Shown piece by piece: positions 1 through 11,006 of a stretch of DNA of 34,586 nucleotides. Source of the DNA: Candidatus Fervidifonticultor quintus (lineage in GTDB: Bacteria; Sysuimicrobiota; Sysuimicrobiia; Sysuimicrobiales; Humicultoraceae); NCBI GenBank assembly GCA_031459535.1, contig JAVKIJ010000032.1:1-34586 (forward strand), read 5' to 3'. The notes under the pieces were generated by a model. It was given only the letters and a program-made list of their open reading frames with translations, was not told the DNA's origin and did no database searches. Made by a program: the position numbers and the translations under genes. Positions within the stretch are counted from its first letter, which is position 1; the number at the start of each line of letters is the position of its first letter.

Positions 1-2
1 TG

Positions 3-356
3 GTGGCAGAACGTGGCGCGCCCCAGGTAGTGGTCATCGATAACGGCCCCGAGTTCGCGGGCCGAGTGCTGGACCAGTGGGCGTACCAACGGGGCGTCAA
101 GCTCCACTTCATCGCGCCCGGCAAACCGACACAGAACGCCTACGTGGAGAGCTTCAACGGCAAGCTGCGGGATGAGTGCCTGAATGCGCACTGGTTCAGG
201 ACGCTCGCCGATGCCCGGCTGACGGTCGAGGCGTGGCGGCAGGAGTACAACCAGGTCCGGCCCCACAGCGCGCTGGGTCAGGCGACGCCTGAAGAGTACG
301 CCCAACAGGAGGTGATGCTCAAAGAGCTGCTCAAGCCCCAGGCGGCAGTTCCCTAA
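3..356 (+). CDS. IS3-family DDE transposase OrfB, C-terminal integrase core (5' partial)
   Basis: [29 protein letters not shown] and [15 protein letters not shown] motifs. Confidence 0.95.
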   Translation: MAERGAPQVVVIDNGPEFAGRVLDQWAYQRGVKLHFIAPGKPTQNAYVESFNGKLRDECLNAHWFRTLADARLTVEAWRQEYNQVRPHSALGQATPEEYAQQEVMLKELLKPQAAVP

Positions 357-385
357 TCACTGGACCAAAGAATGGGGGCAGGTCA
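357..385 (+). repeat. Right terminal inverted repeat of the IS3 element
   Basis: TCACTGGACCAAAGAATGGGGGCAGGTCA directly after the transposase stop, ending in CA. The inner boundary is approximate because the left IR is outside the window. Confidence 0.75.
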
Positions 386-419
386 ATGAAGCGAATCTCG
401 CCGACGAGGAGGGGTGATC

Positions 420-912
420 ATGGTAGGAGCTGTCGCACGACGGGCGGCGGTCGCGTGCCTGGCTGCAGTACTGATAGTGGCCTCGGGGGGCGCAGGCAGC
501 TCCAGGCCCGGCCCCCGCCTTCTCGCTGGAGCTGTTCAGCGGAGGAACGCTGCGGCTGGCGGACCTGCGCGGGCGGCCGGTCATCCTGCTCTTCTGGACC
601 CAGTGGTGACCCACCTGCAACCGTGAAGCCCCCGTGTGGGAGCGCGTGTACAAAGAGTGGAAGGACCGGGGTATCGAGTTTGTCGGCATCGGGTTGCTGG
701 ATACCAGGGAACGCACGAAGGACTTTGTCACCCGCCACAGGCTGACGTTTCCCAACGGCTATGACCCAGACGGTCGGATCGCCAGCTCCTATGGGTTCAG
801 CTACCAACCTTACTGGGCCATGATCGACCGAAGCGGACAGTTGGTACGCGCCGGGTTCGGCCCTCGCAGCGAAGACGAGTTGGTGAGCGCGGTCCGCATG
901 CTGGTGCGGTAG
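420..912 (+). CDS. Exported TlpA/redoxin-family thioredoxin-fold protein, probable selenoprotein (UxxC); +1 frameshift in G6 run at 485-490 as sequenced
   Basis: RBS GAGGAGG, ATG 420 and signal peptide MVGAVARRAAVACLAAVLIVASG. Removing one G continues into AQAAPGPAPAFSLELFSGGTLRLADLRGRPVILLFWTQW-TGA(607-609)-PTCNREAPVWERVYKEWKDRGIEFVGI...YQPYWAMIDRSG, stop TAG 912 (163 aa). Confidence 0.85.
610..648 (+). other. Candidate bacterial SECIS hairpin
   Basis: GCCCCC(628-633)-GTGT loop(634-637)-GGGAGC(638-643). The G-starting apical loop lies 24 nt after the UGA, with possible lower pairing CAC/GTG. Folded by eye. Confidence 0.5.
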
Positions 913-941
913 GGACGGGTACGGGCCGATTGCCGCGTCGG

Positions 942-975
942 CCATGGGGGGCGGGGACAATCGCCCACCCCATGG
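942..975 (+). terminator. GC-rich hairpin downstream of the redoxin gene (possible terminator, no U-tract)
   Basis: CCATGGGG(942-949)/CCCCATGG(968-975) plus GGCG/CGCC inner stem. Confidence 0.4.
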
Positions 976-1084
976 TGTGGGATCCTGACGAGGATCCGGC
1001 CGGATCGGGTGCCGACCCGATGCGGGTTCAGGTCCGCAGCCGATATCGTGGAGGCGAGCGAGAGCCAACAAGGAGGCGAATGCC

Positions 1085-2698
1085 ATGGCGTTCAGGCACG
1101 CAGTGGCCTCTGGCCTTGTCGTTGCCCTGGCGATCGGTCTGGTGTTCCTCCAGACGCCGCCGTCGGCGGGCAGCCCCCAGGACCCCAGCACCCTGGTCGT
1201 GGGGATGAACACCGGAATCCTCATCACCCTCGACCCCGCAGTGGTCTACGAGGTCGAGGGCGCCGTGATCGTGGACCAGCTCTACGACAAGCTCGTGGAC
1301 CTGGAGATGGTGGGCGGCAAGATTCAGGTCGTCCCCGAGGTGGCCGAGGCGTGGAAGCTGGCCGCCGACGGAAAGACCTGGACATTCAACATCCGCAAGG
1401 GGATGAAGTTCCCCAGCGGCCGGCCGGTGGACGCTCACGCGGTTGTCTACTCCCTTCGTCGCGCCATCCGGCTCAACCGGCCCAATGTCTGGGTGCTGAG
1501 CCAGCTCGGGTTCACCAAGGACAACGTGGAGACCACCATCAGGGCCCTCGACGCCTACACCGTGCAACTGGTGGTGTCCGAGACCTTTGCACCCGACCTG
1601 GTCCTGTCCATCCTGAGCTTTCCCTTGACCAGCGTGCTCGATCCGGGAGTGGTGGAGGCGCACATCCGGGAAGGCGAGCTGGGCGTGGACTGGCTCAAGG
1701 ACCACAGCGCCGGATCGGGCCCGTACACCCTGATGCGCTGGGAGCGCAACGAGGTCGTGGACATGGTGGCCAACGCGACCTACTGGCGCGGGATCCCGGC
1801 CGTGAAGCGGATCGTCATCAGGGACATTCCCGAGCCGACCGCGCAGCGTATCGCGCTGGAGCGGGCCGATATCGACGTGGCCTGGAACCTGTCGCCGCAC
1901 ATGCGGCAGGAAATCCGCACCGCCAAGACGCCCGGTGTGTCCATTGTCATGGTGCCCGGTCACGGGATGGAGTACCTCGGGATGAACGTCAAGTACCCGC
2001 CGCTGGCCAAGGAGCAGGTGCGCGAGGCCATCAGGTGGGCCGTGGATTACAGGACCATCCTCCAGGGGATCATGCGGGGCGAGGCGATCCCGCTGCAGAC
2101 GTTTGTGCCAGTCGGGTACCTCGGTCACAACCCCGCCATGCCCTTCAAGCAGGATCTCGCCAAGGCCCGCCAGCTCCTCTCGGAGGGCGGCTACCCCAAC
2201 GGGTTCGAGGTGGAGTTGACCACCAGCGCGCCGCACCCCACGCGGCCCGACATTGCCCAGGTGGTCCAGAACGAACTGGCCAAGATCGGGATCAAGGTGA
2301 AGATCACCCAGATGGCCGCCGGCGTGATGTACTCCAAGTACCGCGAGCAAGGGCTGCAGATGATCCTGGCGGGCTGGGGAGTCGACTACCCGGATCCCGA
2401 CGCCCTGGCCAAGCCTTTCGCGGACGGCACCATCAAGCAGCTCGCCTGGCGGAACGCCTGGATGGACCAGCGGGCGACCGACCTTACCAGGCAGGCCATG
2501 CTCGAGCGCGACACCCGGCGGCGCGTGGCCCTCTACAAGGAGCTGACCGAACTGGTCCTGCACAAGGGCGCGTTCGTCATCCTCTACCAGACGGCCAATG
2601 CCTGGGGCATCCGAACCTATGTGAAGGGCTTCGAGGAGGCGGCTGCCATCGGCACCATGCACTTCGACTTCACGAAAATCCGCAAGGAACGGCAGTAG
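1085..2698 (+). CDS. Peptide/nickel ABC transporter substrate-binding protein (family 5, DppA/DdpA-like)
   Basis: AAGGAGG RBS, signal peptide, TLDPA, LYDKLV, WTFNIRKGMKF, GSGPY, VREAIRWAVD motifs. Confidence 0.93.
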   Translation: MAFRHAVASGLVVALAIGLVFLQTPPSAGSPQDPSTLVVGMNTGILITLDPAVVYEVEGAVIVDQLYDKLVDLEMVGGKIQVVPEVAEAWKLAADGKTWTFNIRKGMKFPSGRPVDAHAVVYSLRRAIRLNRPNVWVLSQLGFTKDNVETTIRALDAYTVQLVVSETFAPDLVLSILSFPLTSVLDPGVVEAHIREGELGVDWLKDHSAGSGPYTLMRWERNEVVDMVANATYWRGIPAVKRIVIRDIPEPTAQRIALERADIDVAWNLSPHMRQEIRTAKTPGVSIVMVPGHGMEYLGMNVKYPPLAKEQVREAIRWAVDYRTILQGIMRGEAIPLQTFVPVGYLGHNPAMPFKQDLAKARQLLSEGGYPNGFEVELTTSAPHPTRPDIAQVVQNELAKIGIKVKITQMAAGVMYSKYREQGLQMILAGWGVDYPDPDALAKPFADGTIKQLAWRNAWMDQRATDLTRQAMLERDTRRRVALYKELTELVLHKGAFVILYQTANAWGIRTYVKGFEEAAAIGTMHFDFTKIRKERQ

Positions 2699-2710
2699 CA
2701 CTCGCAGCGT

Positions 2711-2744
2711 TGGGGCGCCTGCCCCGGTTGGGGCAGGCGCCCCA
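2711..2744 (+). other. Perfect 15-bp intercistronic hairpin after the SBP gene (mRNA stabiliser or attenuator)
   Basis: TGGGGCGCCTGCCCC-GGTT-GGGGCAGGCGCCCCA. Confidence 0.7.
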
Positions 2745-2757
2745 CGACCACGGCGCC

Positions 2758-3768
2758 ATGAACCTCGCCACCTACGTGGCCCGCCGGCTGGGGCTGATGA
2801 GCCTGGTCCTGTTTGGCGTGCTGGTCATCACCTTTGTCGTCTCCCACGTGATCCCCGCAGATCCCGTGGGCGCCATTCTGGGAGGCAACGCGCCTCCGGA
2901 AAAGGTAGACGCGCTGCGCCGGCAGCTCGGGCTCGACAAGCCGCTCCACCTGCAGTTCGTGACATACCTGTGGGGCGTGCTCCACGGCGATCTGGGGACG
3001 TCGCTGCGCACGGGCCGCCCGGTCTGGCGCGACATTCAGCAGTACTTCCCCGCCACGGTCGAGCTCACCGTGAGCGCCATCCTCCTGGCCATCCTGCTGG
3101 GCGTGCCTATGGGTGTGGTGTCGGCGGTCCGCCGCAACCAAGCGGCAGATCATGCGGCCCGTCTCTTCTCCATCGTCGGGGTGTCCATGCCGGTCTTCTG
3201 GACCGGGCTGGTCTTGCTCCTGTTCCTGTACTACCGGCTGGGCTGGCTGCCCGGGCCAGGCCGACTGGACCTGGCCGTGCTGCCGCCCCCCAGCCGGACC
3301 GGTCTGTTGGTGCTGGATAGCCTGGCCGCCCGCAACTGGGCGGCCCTGCAGAACACCCTGGCGCACCTGCTGATGCCGGCGTTCGTGCTGGGCTATGTGG
3401 CCACGGCCACCATTGCCCGCATCACCCGCTCCAGCATGCTGGACGTCTTGGGTCAGGACTACATCCGCACCGCCCGGGCCAAGGGGCTCTGGGAACGGGT
3501 CGTCATCCTGCGCCATGCGCTGCGCAACGCCCTCATCCCCACGGTGACCGTCATCGGCCTGGTGTTCGGTGGGTTGCTGGAAGGATCGGTGCTGACCGAG
3601 ACGATCTTCGCCTGGCCGGGACTGGGCCGCTACATCACCACCGGCTACATCACCCTCGACTATCCCGCAGTGATGGGCGGGACACTCTACATTGCCGTGG
3701 TCTTCTCCGTCGTGAACCTGGTGGTCGACCTCACCTATGCGGTCCTCGATCCCCGCATCCGCCTCTGA
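2758..3768 (+). CDS. Peptide ABC transporter permease (DppB/OppB family)
   Basis: True start MNLATYVARRL at 2758 inside the long ORF. LGLDKPL..Q, GDLGTS, DYIRTARAKGL, ETIFAWPGLG, LDPRIR motifs. Confidence 0.93.
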   Translation: MNLATYVARRLGLMSLVLFGVLVITFVVSHVIPADPVGAILGGNAPPEKVDALRRQLGLDKPLHLQFVTYLWGVLHGDLGTSLRTGRPVWRDIQQYFPATVELTVSAILLAILLGVPMGVVSAVRRNQAADHAARLFSIVGVSMPVFWTGLVLLLFLYYRLGWLPGPGRLDLAVLPPPSRTGLLVLDSLAARNWAALQNTLAHLLMPAFVLGYVATATIARITRSSMLDVLGQDYIRTARAKGLWERVVILRHALRNALIPTVTVIGLVFGGLLEGSVLTETIFAWPGLGRYITTGYITLDYPAVMGGTLYIAVVFSVVNLVVDLTYAVLDPRIRL

Positions 3769-4648
3769 GGCCGCCAGGCCGGCCGAGCTGGCCCGGGTGC
3801 CCCGCCGGTATGAAGAGGTCTACCGGGCGTACCGGCTGTGGCGCCGCAGCCCGCTCACCATGATCGGCACCGGACTGGTGGGGTTGCTGTTGCTCGTGGC
3901 GGCCCTGGCGCCGTTGATCGCCACCCACGATCCTCTCGCCCAGGACTTCTCGGTCCGACTCCAGCCGCCCAGCCGGGCCCACCTGTTCGGGACCGATCAG
4001 TTCGGGCGGGACATCTTCAGCCGGGTGATCCACGGTTCGCGCATCGCGCTCGAGATCATCGTGATCGTTTCGGTGATCAGCGGCGGCGTGGGGACCCTGG
4101 TGGGATGGCTGTCGGGGTACTTCGGGGGCCGAGTGGATGAGGTGCTGATGCGCCTCACGGACATGTTCCTGGCGTTTCCAAGCCTGGTCCTGGCCATGGC
4201 GTTCGCGGCGGCTCTGGGACCCAGTCTCCCCAATATGATCCTGGCCATCTCACTGGTCACCTGGACACCCTACGCGCGTCTCGCCCGGGGCGAGACGCTG
4301 CGGACCAAAGCCCAGGACTTCGTCGAGGCCGCCCGCGCCATGGGCGCCAGCGACGTGCGCATCATCGGCCGGCACATCGTCCCCATGACGGTCTCCGTGG
4401 TCATCGTGCAGCTCACGCTGCGCATGGGGACCATCGCCCTGACCGCCGCCGGCCTGGGATTCCTCGGTCTGGGCGCCCAGCCGCCGACGCCGGAGTGGGG
4501 CGCCATGGTCAGCGACGGCCGCGGTTACCTGGTGGACCAGTGGTGGATGTCCACGCTGCCGGGCTCGGCCATCGCCGCGGCGGTACTCGGCTTCAATCTC
4601 CTGGGGGACGGGATCCGGGACATTCTCGACCCACGCCTGCGCCGGTAG
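3737..4648 (+). CDS. Peptide ABC transporter permease (DppC/OppC family); start uncertain
   Basis: HLFGTDQFGRDIFSR, FVEAARAMGAS, LGFLGLGAQPPTPEWG, GDGIRDILDPR motifs. Confidence 0.92.
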   Translation: MRSSIPASASEAARPAELARVPRRYEEVYRAYRLWRRSPLTMIGTGLVGLLLLVAALAPLIATHDPLAQDFSVRLQPPSRAHLFGTDQFGRDIFSRVIHGSRIALEIIVIVSVISGGVGTLVGWLSGYFGGRVDEVLMRLTDMFLAFPSLVLAMAFAAALGPSLPNMILAISLVTWTPYARLARGETLRTKAQDFVEAARAMGASDVRIIGRHIVPMTVSVVIVQLTLRMGTIALTAAGLGFLGLGAQPPTPEWGAMVSDGRGYLVDQWWMSTLPGSAIAAAVLGFNLLGDGIRDILDPRLRR

Positions 4649-4654
4649 CGGGCC

Positions 4655-7363
<2,709 letters not shown>

Positions 7364-7393
7364 GCCTATCACCTGGCTGTCAGCGATGCTTTC

Positions 7394-7402
7394 ACTGTAG
7401 CA
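7394..7402 (-). promoter_or_regulatory. Candidate extended -10 promoter for acnA
   Basis: Minus strand TG-C-TACAGT about 30 nt upstream of the start codon. Confidence 0.4.
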
Positions 7403-7537
7403 AACCGGTTGTGGAGGCGAAAGCCCGCACTGGCGCCGTCCGGGCCGATCGTGGCCTCCTGCGCCACGTGCACGCGCTCAACGGCCCGTGGGCGCCCCTG
7501 GCTGGAGCCCGACGGCAGGACTAGGCCGAGACCGGGG

Positions 7538-8035
7538 CTAGCGGAGCCGACCCGGCCGTGGGGCCCATCGCCGCGCCCGCAACGTGCGCAGCCGGTTCCA
7601 CTGCTCGGGCGTCAACACCTGCCGCAGCTCCAGCGTGGTCTGGAACCGTGCCGCGGTCAGCTGCCCGGTCAACTCCCCGATCCGGCGGGCAATCCCCTCG
7701 AGCTTGGTCCGATCCGGGGTCGCCTCCAGCATGGCCTCCCGCGCATCGAGCCTCGCTCGGGACAGGGCGATCCGCAGGCGGGCGATGCGGTCTTGGTGCG
7801 CTGTCAGGATCTGCCGGACCCGGCGGGCCTGCTCGTCGCTCAGATTGAGCCGTCGCTGGAGGTCGGCCGGGTCAAGAGCCTGGGCCAGCAGCCAGCCAGC
7901 GGGCTCGAACGTCAGATCGCTCTGGGCGAGAACCTGCTCCGGCTCGGGGTCCTCAGGTACCTGGGCGCTGGTGAGCCCCGTGGTGGCGCCCATGACGAGC
8001 ACCGCCACGAGGAGCCCGATGCACATGGTACGCAT
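7538..8035 (-). CDS. Spy/CpxP/ZraP-like exported helical protein
   Basis: AAGGAGG RBS, signal peptide, LNLSDEQ and LRQVLTPEQ (LTxxQ) motifs. Confidence 0.82.
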   Translation of the reverse strand: MRTMCIGLLVAVLVMGATTGLTSAQVPEDPEPEQVLAQSDLTFEPAGWLLAQALDPADLQRRLNLSDEQARRVRQILTAHQDRIARLRIALSRARLDAREAMLEATPDRTKLEGIARRIGELTGQLTAARFQTTLELRQVLTPEQWNRLRTLRARRWAPRPGRLR

Positions 8036-8059
8036 TGCGCAACCTCCTTGTGCTCGCTC

Positions 8060-9244
8060 TCACCCCGTAAGACCGTCCGAGCGGGCAGGAGGTTGGGTCG
8101 TGGCGTCGGGAGGCCGCAGGAGGAGCACGTCGTCGGCGGCCACGCGGATGGCGATGGGCCCGCCTTCGCGCCCGTGCCGGCGGGCTCTCGGGTGGGCGGT
8201 CTGGACCCTCACGGTCTGACCGTCGAGGACCTCGACCTCACACACCATGGTGGCCCCGAGGTAGTTCACGAGCTTGAGGGTGCCCACCAACACGTTGCCG
8301 GAGAGGTCCGGAAGAGCCTGCGGGGGCACCGGTTCCAATGCCTCGGGCCGCAGACACACGATGACGCGGTCGCCGGGCGCAAAGCCCGCGTTGCGCTCCG
8401 GGGCGGCTTGCAGGAGTGTTCGACCGTCGGGGCGGCCGCCCCAGAGGTCGACGAGCACCGCGTCGCCACCGACGCGGTGCACGACCCCCCGCAGGAAGTT
8501 TGCGCCGCCCAGGAAGTCGGCGACGAAGACATCCGCCGGCCGTTCGTAGACCTCCTGCGGCGTCCCCAGTTGGACCAGATGCCCGCCGTGCATGACCGCG
8601 ATGCGAGTGGACAGCATCAGGGCTTCTTCCTGATCGTGGGTGACATAGATCGTTGTGATCCCCAAATGCCGCTGGAGTTTCACCAGCTCGTTGCGCATCT
8701 GTATCCGCAGACGGGCATCGAGGTTGGACAGCGGTTCATCGAGCAACAGCAGCGCCGGCCGTACCACGATGGCGCGGGCCAGCGCCACGCGCTGCTGCTG
8801 GCCGCCGGAGAGCTGTGACGGCCGGCGACCGCCCAGACCTTCCAGGCCCACCAGAGCCAGCGCTTCGTTGACTAGGTCCGGGATCGCCCCGCGATCCACA
8901 TGCCGCTCAACCAGGCCGAACGCCACGTTCTCGAACACGGTCATGTGCGGCCACAGCGCGTAGTTCTGGAAGACCATGCCGATGTTCCGGTGCCAGGGCG
9001 GTGTACGGGTGACCGGCCTGCCATCGAAGAGGATCTCCCCTGCGTCGGGCTGGAGCAAGCCGGCGATCATCCGTAGCGTCGTGGTCTTGCCGCAGCCGCT
9101 GGGGCCTAGAAGCGTGAAGAACTCGCCGCGGCCCACCTCAAGCCACAGACTGTGCACCGCTGGCGTCGCGCCGAACGACTTGCGGATGCCCCGCAGTTCG
9201 ACCTCGACGGGCTGCAGGCGCGGACGTGCAGCGTCGGCAGACAT
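8060..9244 (-). CDS. ABC transporter ATP-binding protein (FbpC/PotA family)
   Basis: GPSGCGKTT, LSGGQQQRVALARA, LLLDEPLSNLD, YVTHDQEEA and TOBE-like C-terminus. Confidence 0.95.
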   Translation of the reverse strand: MSADAARPRLQPVEVELRGIRKSFGATPAVHSLWLEVGRGEFFTLLGPSGCGKTTTLRMIAGLLQPDAGEILFDGRPVTRTPPWHRNIGMVFQNYALWPHMTVFENVAFGLVERHVDRGAIPDLVNEALALVGLEGLGGRRPSQLSGGQQQRVALARAIVVRPALLLLDEPLSNLDARLRIQMRNELVKLQRHLGITTIYVTHDQEEALMLSTRIAVMHGGHLVQLGTPQEVYERPADVFVADFLGGANFLRGVVHRVGGDAVLVDLWGGRPDGRTLLQAAPERNAGFAPGDRVIVCLRPEALEPVPPQALPDLSGNVLVGTLKLVNYLGATMVCEVEVLDGQTVRVQTAHPRARRHGREGGPIAIRVAADDVLLLRPPDATTQPPARSDGLTG

Positions 9245-9250
9245 GGCAGG

Positions 9251-10984
9251 TTACAGATTGAACGCCATACGACCCCGGCCGCTCAGCCGGTTGGCCAGAT
9301 ATGTGCCCAGCGCCACGATGATGATGGCGACGACGCCCAGAGCCGCGGCGGCGCCCCGGCCCAGGGGGCTCTGGGAGTAGATGTAGATCCCGTAGGAGAG
9401 CGGGCTGTGCTCGATGCGGCTGACCAGGGTGATCGTGGTGCTGAACTCCACAGCGGCGGTGATGAAGACCAGCACACCGCCCGCGGTGACCCCTCCGGCG
9501 ATGAGAGGCAGCACGACCCGTCGGAACGCCCGCACTCTCGGTGCCCCGGTGACCGCGGCGGCATCTTCGAGCGAGGCGTGCACCTGGTGGAGTGCGGCGT
9601 GGCTCGCGCGCAGGGCGTATGGCAGCCGCCGGACCATGTAGGCCAGCACGAAGATGATCCAGGTGGAGGCCAGGGAGGTCTGGGTACCGGGCAGCGTGAT
9701 GTCGTAGAATACGCGCAGGAAGCCGACCCCGATCACCACGCCGGGCAGGGCGATGGGCATCATCGCCACCACGTCCAGCAGGCCCCTGGCGGGCACCCGC
9801 CCGCGCTGCAACAGGTACGCGATGGCCGCGGCGACCACCACCCCGAGCACGGCGGCCCCGACGCTATAGGTCAGGGTGTTCAGGATGAACCGCGGGGCCC
9901 GCAGGAAGATCTCGCCGTAGTTGGCCAGCGTATAGGCACTGGGCAGGTAGGTGAGGCTCCATACCTTACTGAACGACATGAGCAGTACACCTGCGTGGGG
10001 CAGCAGGGCGATGGCCAGCACGGTGCCGCATGCAGTCAACGCCGCGCCGCGCCGCCAGCCGACCAGCAGTCGGCCGCCCTCCGGGCTGCCGGCGCCGGTC
10101 TGGACCGTGGCATACTCGCGCCGCGCCACGATCCAATTGGACAGCAGCACGCACGCAATCGACAGCACCACCATCACCACACAGATGACGTAGCCGTCCA
10201 CGTCGTCGCGGCCGACGGTGGTGATCCGGAGGTACGCCTGAGGGCCCAGCATGTTCTTGAAGTTGAGGATGAACGGCGTGCCGATGTCGTCCACTGCCTT
10301 TACGAACGTGAGCAGGGCGCCGGCCGCATAGGCCGGGAGCACCAACGGGAAGACGACCCGCCGCAGCAGGCGCCAGCCGGCTGCGCCCATCATGTGCCCC
10401 ATCTCCTCCAGCGAGCGGTCCACATTGATCAGCGCTGCGGTCACGGTCAGAAAGATGAACGGGAAGAAGTGCAGGGCCTGGGCCAGCACGATGCCGCGCA
10501 GGCCTGCCATGATGTTCACCTCCACGCCCAGCAGGTCGTGGAGCAGTAGCGTCAGCGTGCCGGCCCGGCCGAACACCTGCACTAGCGCGATCGCCCCCAC
10601 GAACGGCGGCAGCACCAGGGGCAGCGTTGACAGGGTGACGAGGAGCATGCGGCCGGGGAAGTCGTACCGGGCGATGACAAAGGCCAGCGGGAGGGCCAGA
10701 ATGCTGCCGAGGGCGACGGTCCCCAACCCCGCCAGCAGACTGTTGACCAGAGACTCGATGTAGAGCGGGTTTTCGAAGAACCGACTCAGGTGAGCGAGGG
10801 TGACCCGTCCATCGGCATCCGTCAGGGCCACCTTCAGGACCGCGCCGATGGGCAGGACCACGAAGACGACCAGGATCCCCAGCAACGCGGCCATGAGCGC
10901 CGCGTGCCCGGGATCCACCGTCGGGCGCCACCGGGCCAGAGACGGGATCCGCGCCGGTGCCGGTTCAGTGGCGGGGATGCTCAT
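9251..10984 (-). CDS. ABC transporter permease, FbpB-type with two fused domains
   Basis: Start MSIPATEP at 10984. Many TM helices, two EAA-like loops (DRSLEEMGHMMGA, HASLEDAAAVTGA). Confidence 0.92.
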   Translation of the reverse strand: MSIPATEPAPARIPSLARWRPTVDPGHAALMAALLGILVVFVVLPIGAVLKVALTDADGRVTLAHLSRFFENPLYIESLVNSLLAGLGTVALGSILALPLAFVIARYDFPGRMLLVTLSTLPLVLPPFVGAIALVQVFGRAGTLTLLLHDLLGVEVNIMAGLRGIVLAQALHFFPFIFLTVTAALINVDRSLEEMGHMMGAAGWRLLRRVVFPLVLPAYAAGALLTFVKAVDDIGTPFILNFKNMLGPQAYLRITTVGRDDVDGYVICVVMVVLSIACVLLSNWIVARREYATVQTGAGSPEGGRLLVGWRRGAALTACGTVLAIALLPHAGVLLMSFSKVWSLTYLPSAYTLANYGEIFLRAPRFILNTLTYSVGAAVLGVVVAAAIAYLLQRGRVPARGLLDVVAMMPIALPGVVIGVGFLRVFYDITLPGTQTSLASTWIIFVLAYMVRRLPYALRASHAALHQVHASLEDAAAVTGAPRVRAFRRVVLPLIAGGVTAGGVLVFITAAVEFSTTITLVSRIEHSPLSYGIYIYSQSPLGRGAAAALGVVAIIIVALGTYLANRLSGRGRMAFNL

Positions 10985-11006
10985 GGTGCCCCCACAGGGG
11001 GTTCGG

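Larger units (their letters stand above)
1..385 (+). mobile_element. IS3-family insertion sequence, 3' part (IS407-group-like), truncated by the window edge
   Basis: Transposase C-terminus followed by ...TGGACCAAAGAATGGGGGCAGGTCA ending at 385. Its reverse complement begins TGACCTGCCCCC, a typical IS3-family 5'-TG terminus. Confidence 0.9.

Noticed and set aside
985-992. CTGACGAG resembling a hammerhead ribozyme core or guanidine-II ACGA loop
   Set aside because: No downstream GAAA core or three-stem layout, and the loop closure and second hairpin do not match mini-ykkC.
1009-2757. 919-aa ORF suggesting a large N-terminal fusion to DppB
   Set aside because: The extension is an R/G/P-rich shadow frame over the SBP gene. 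The real permease starts at 2758.
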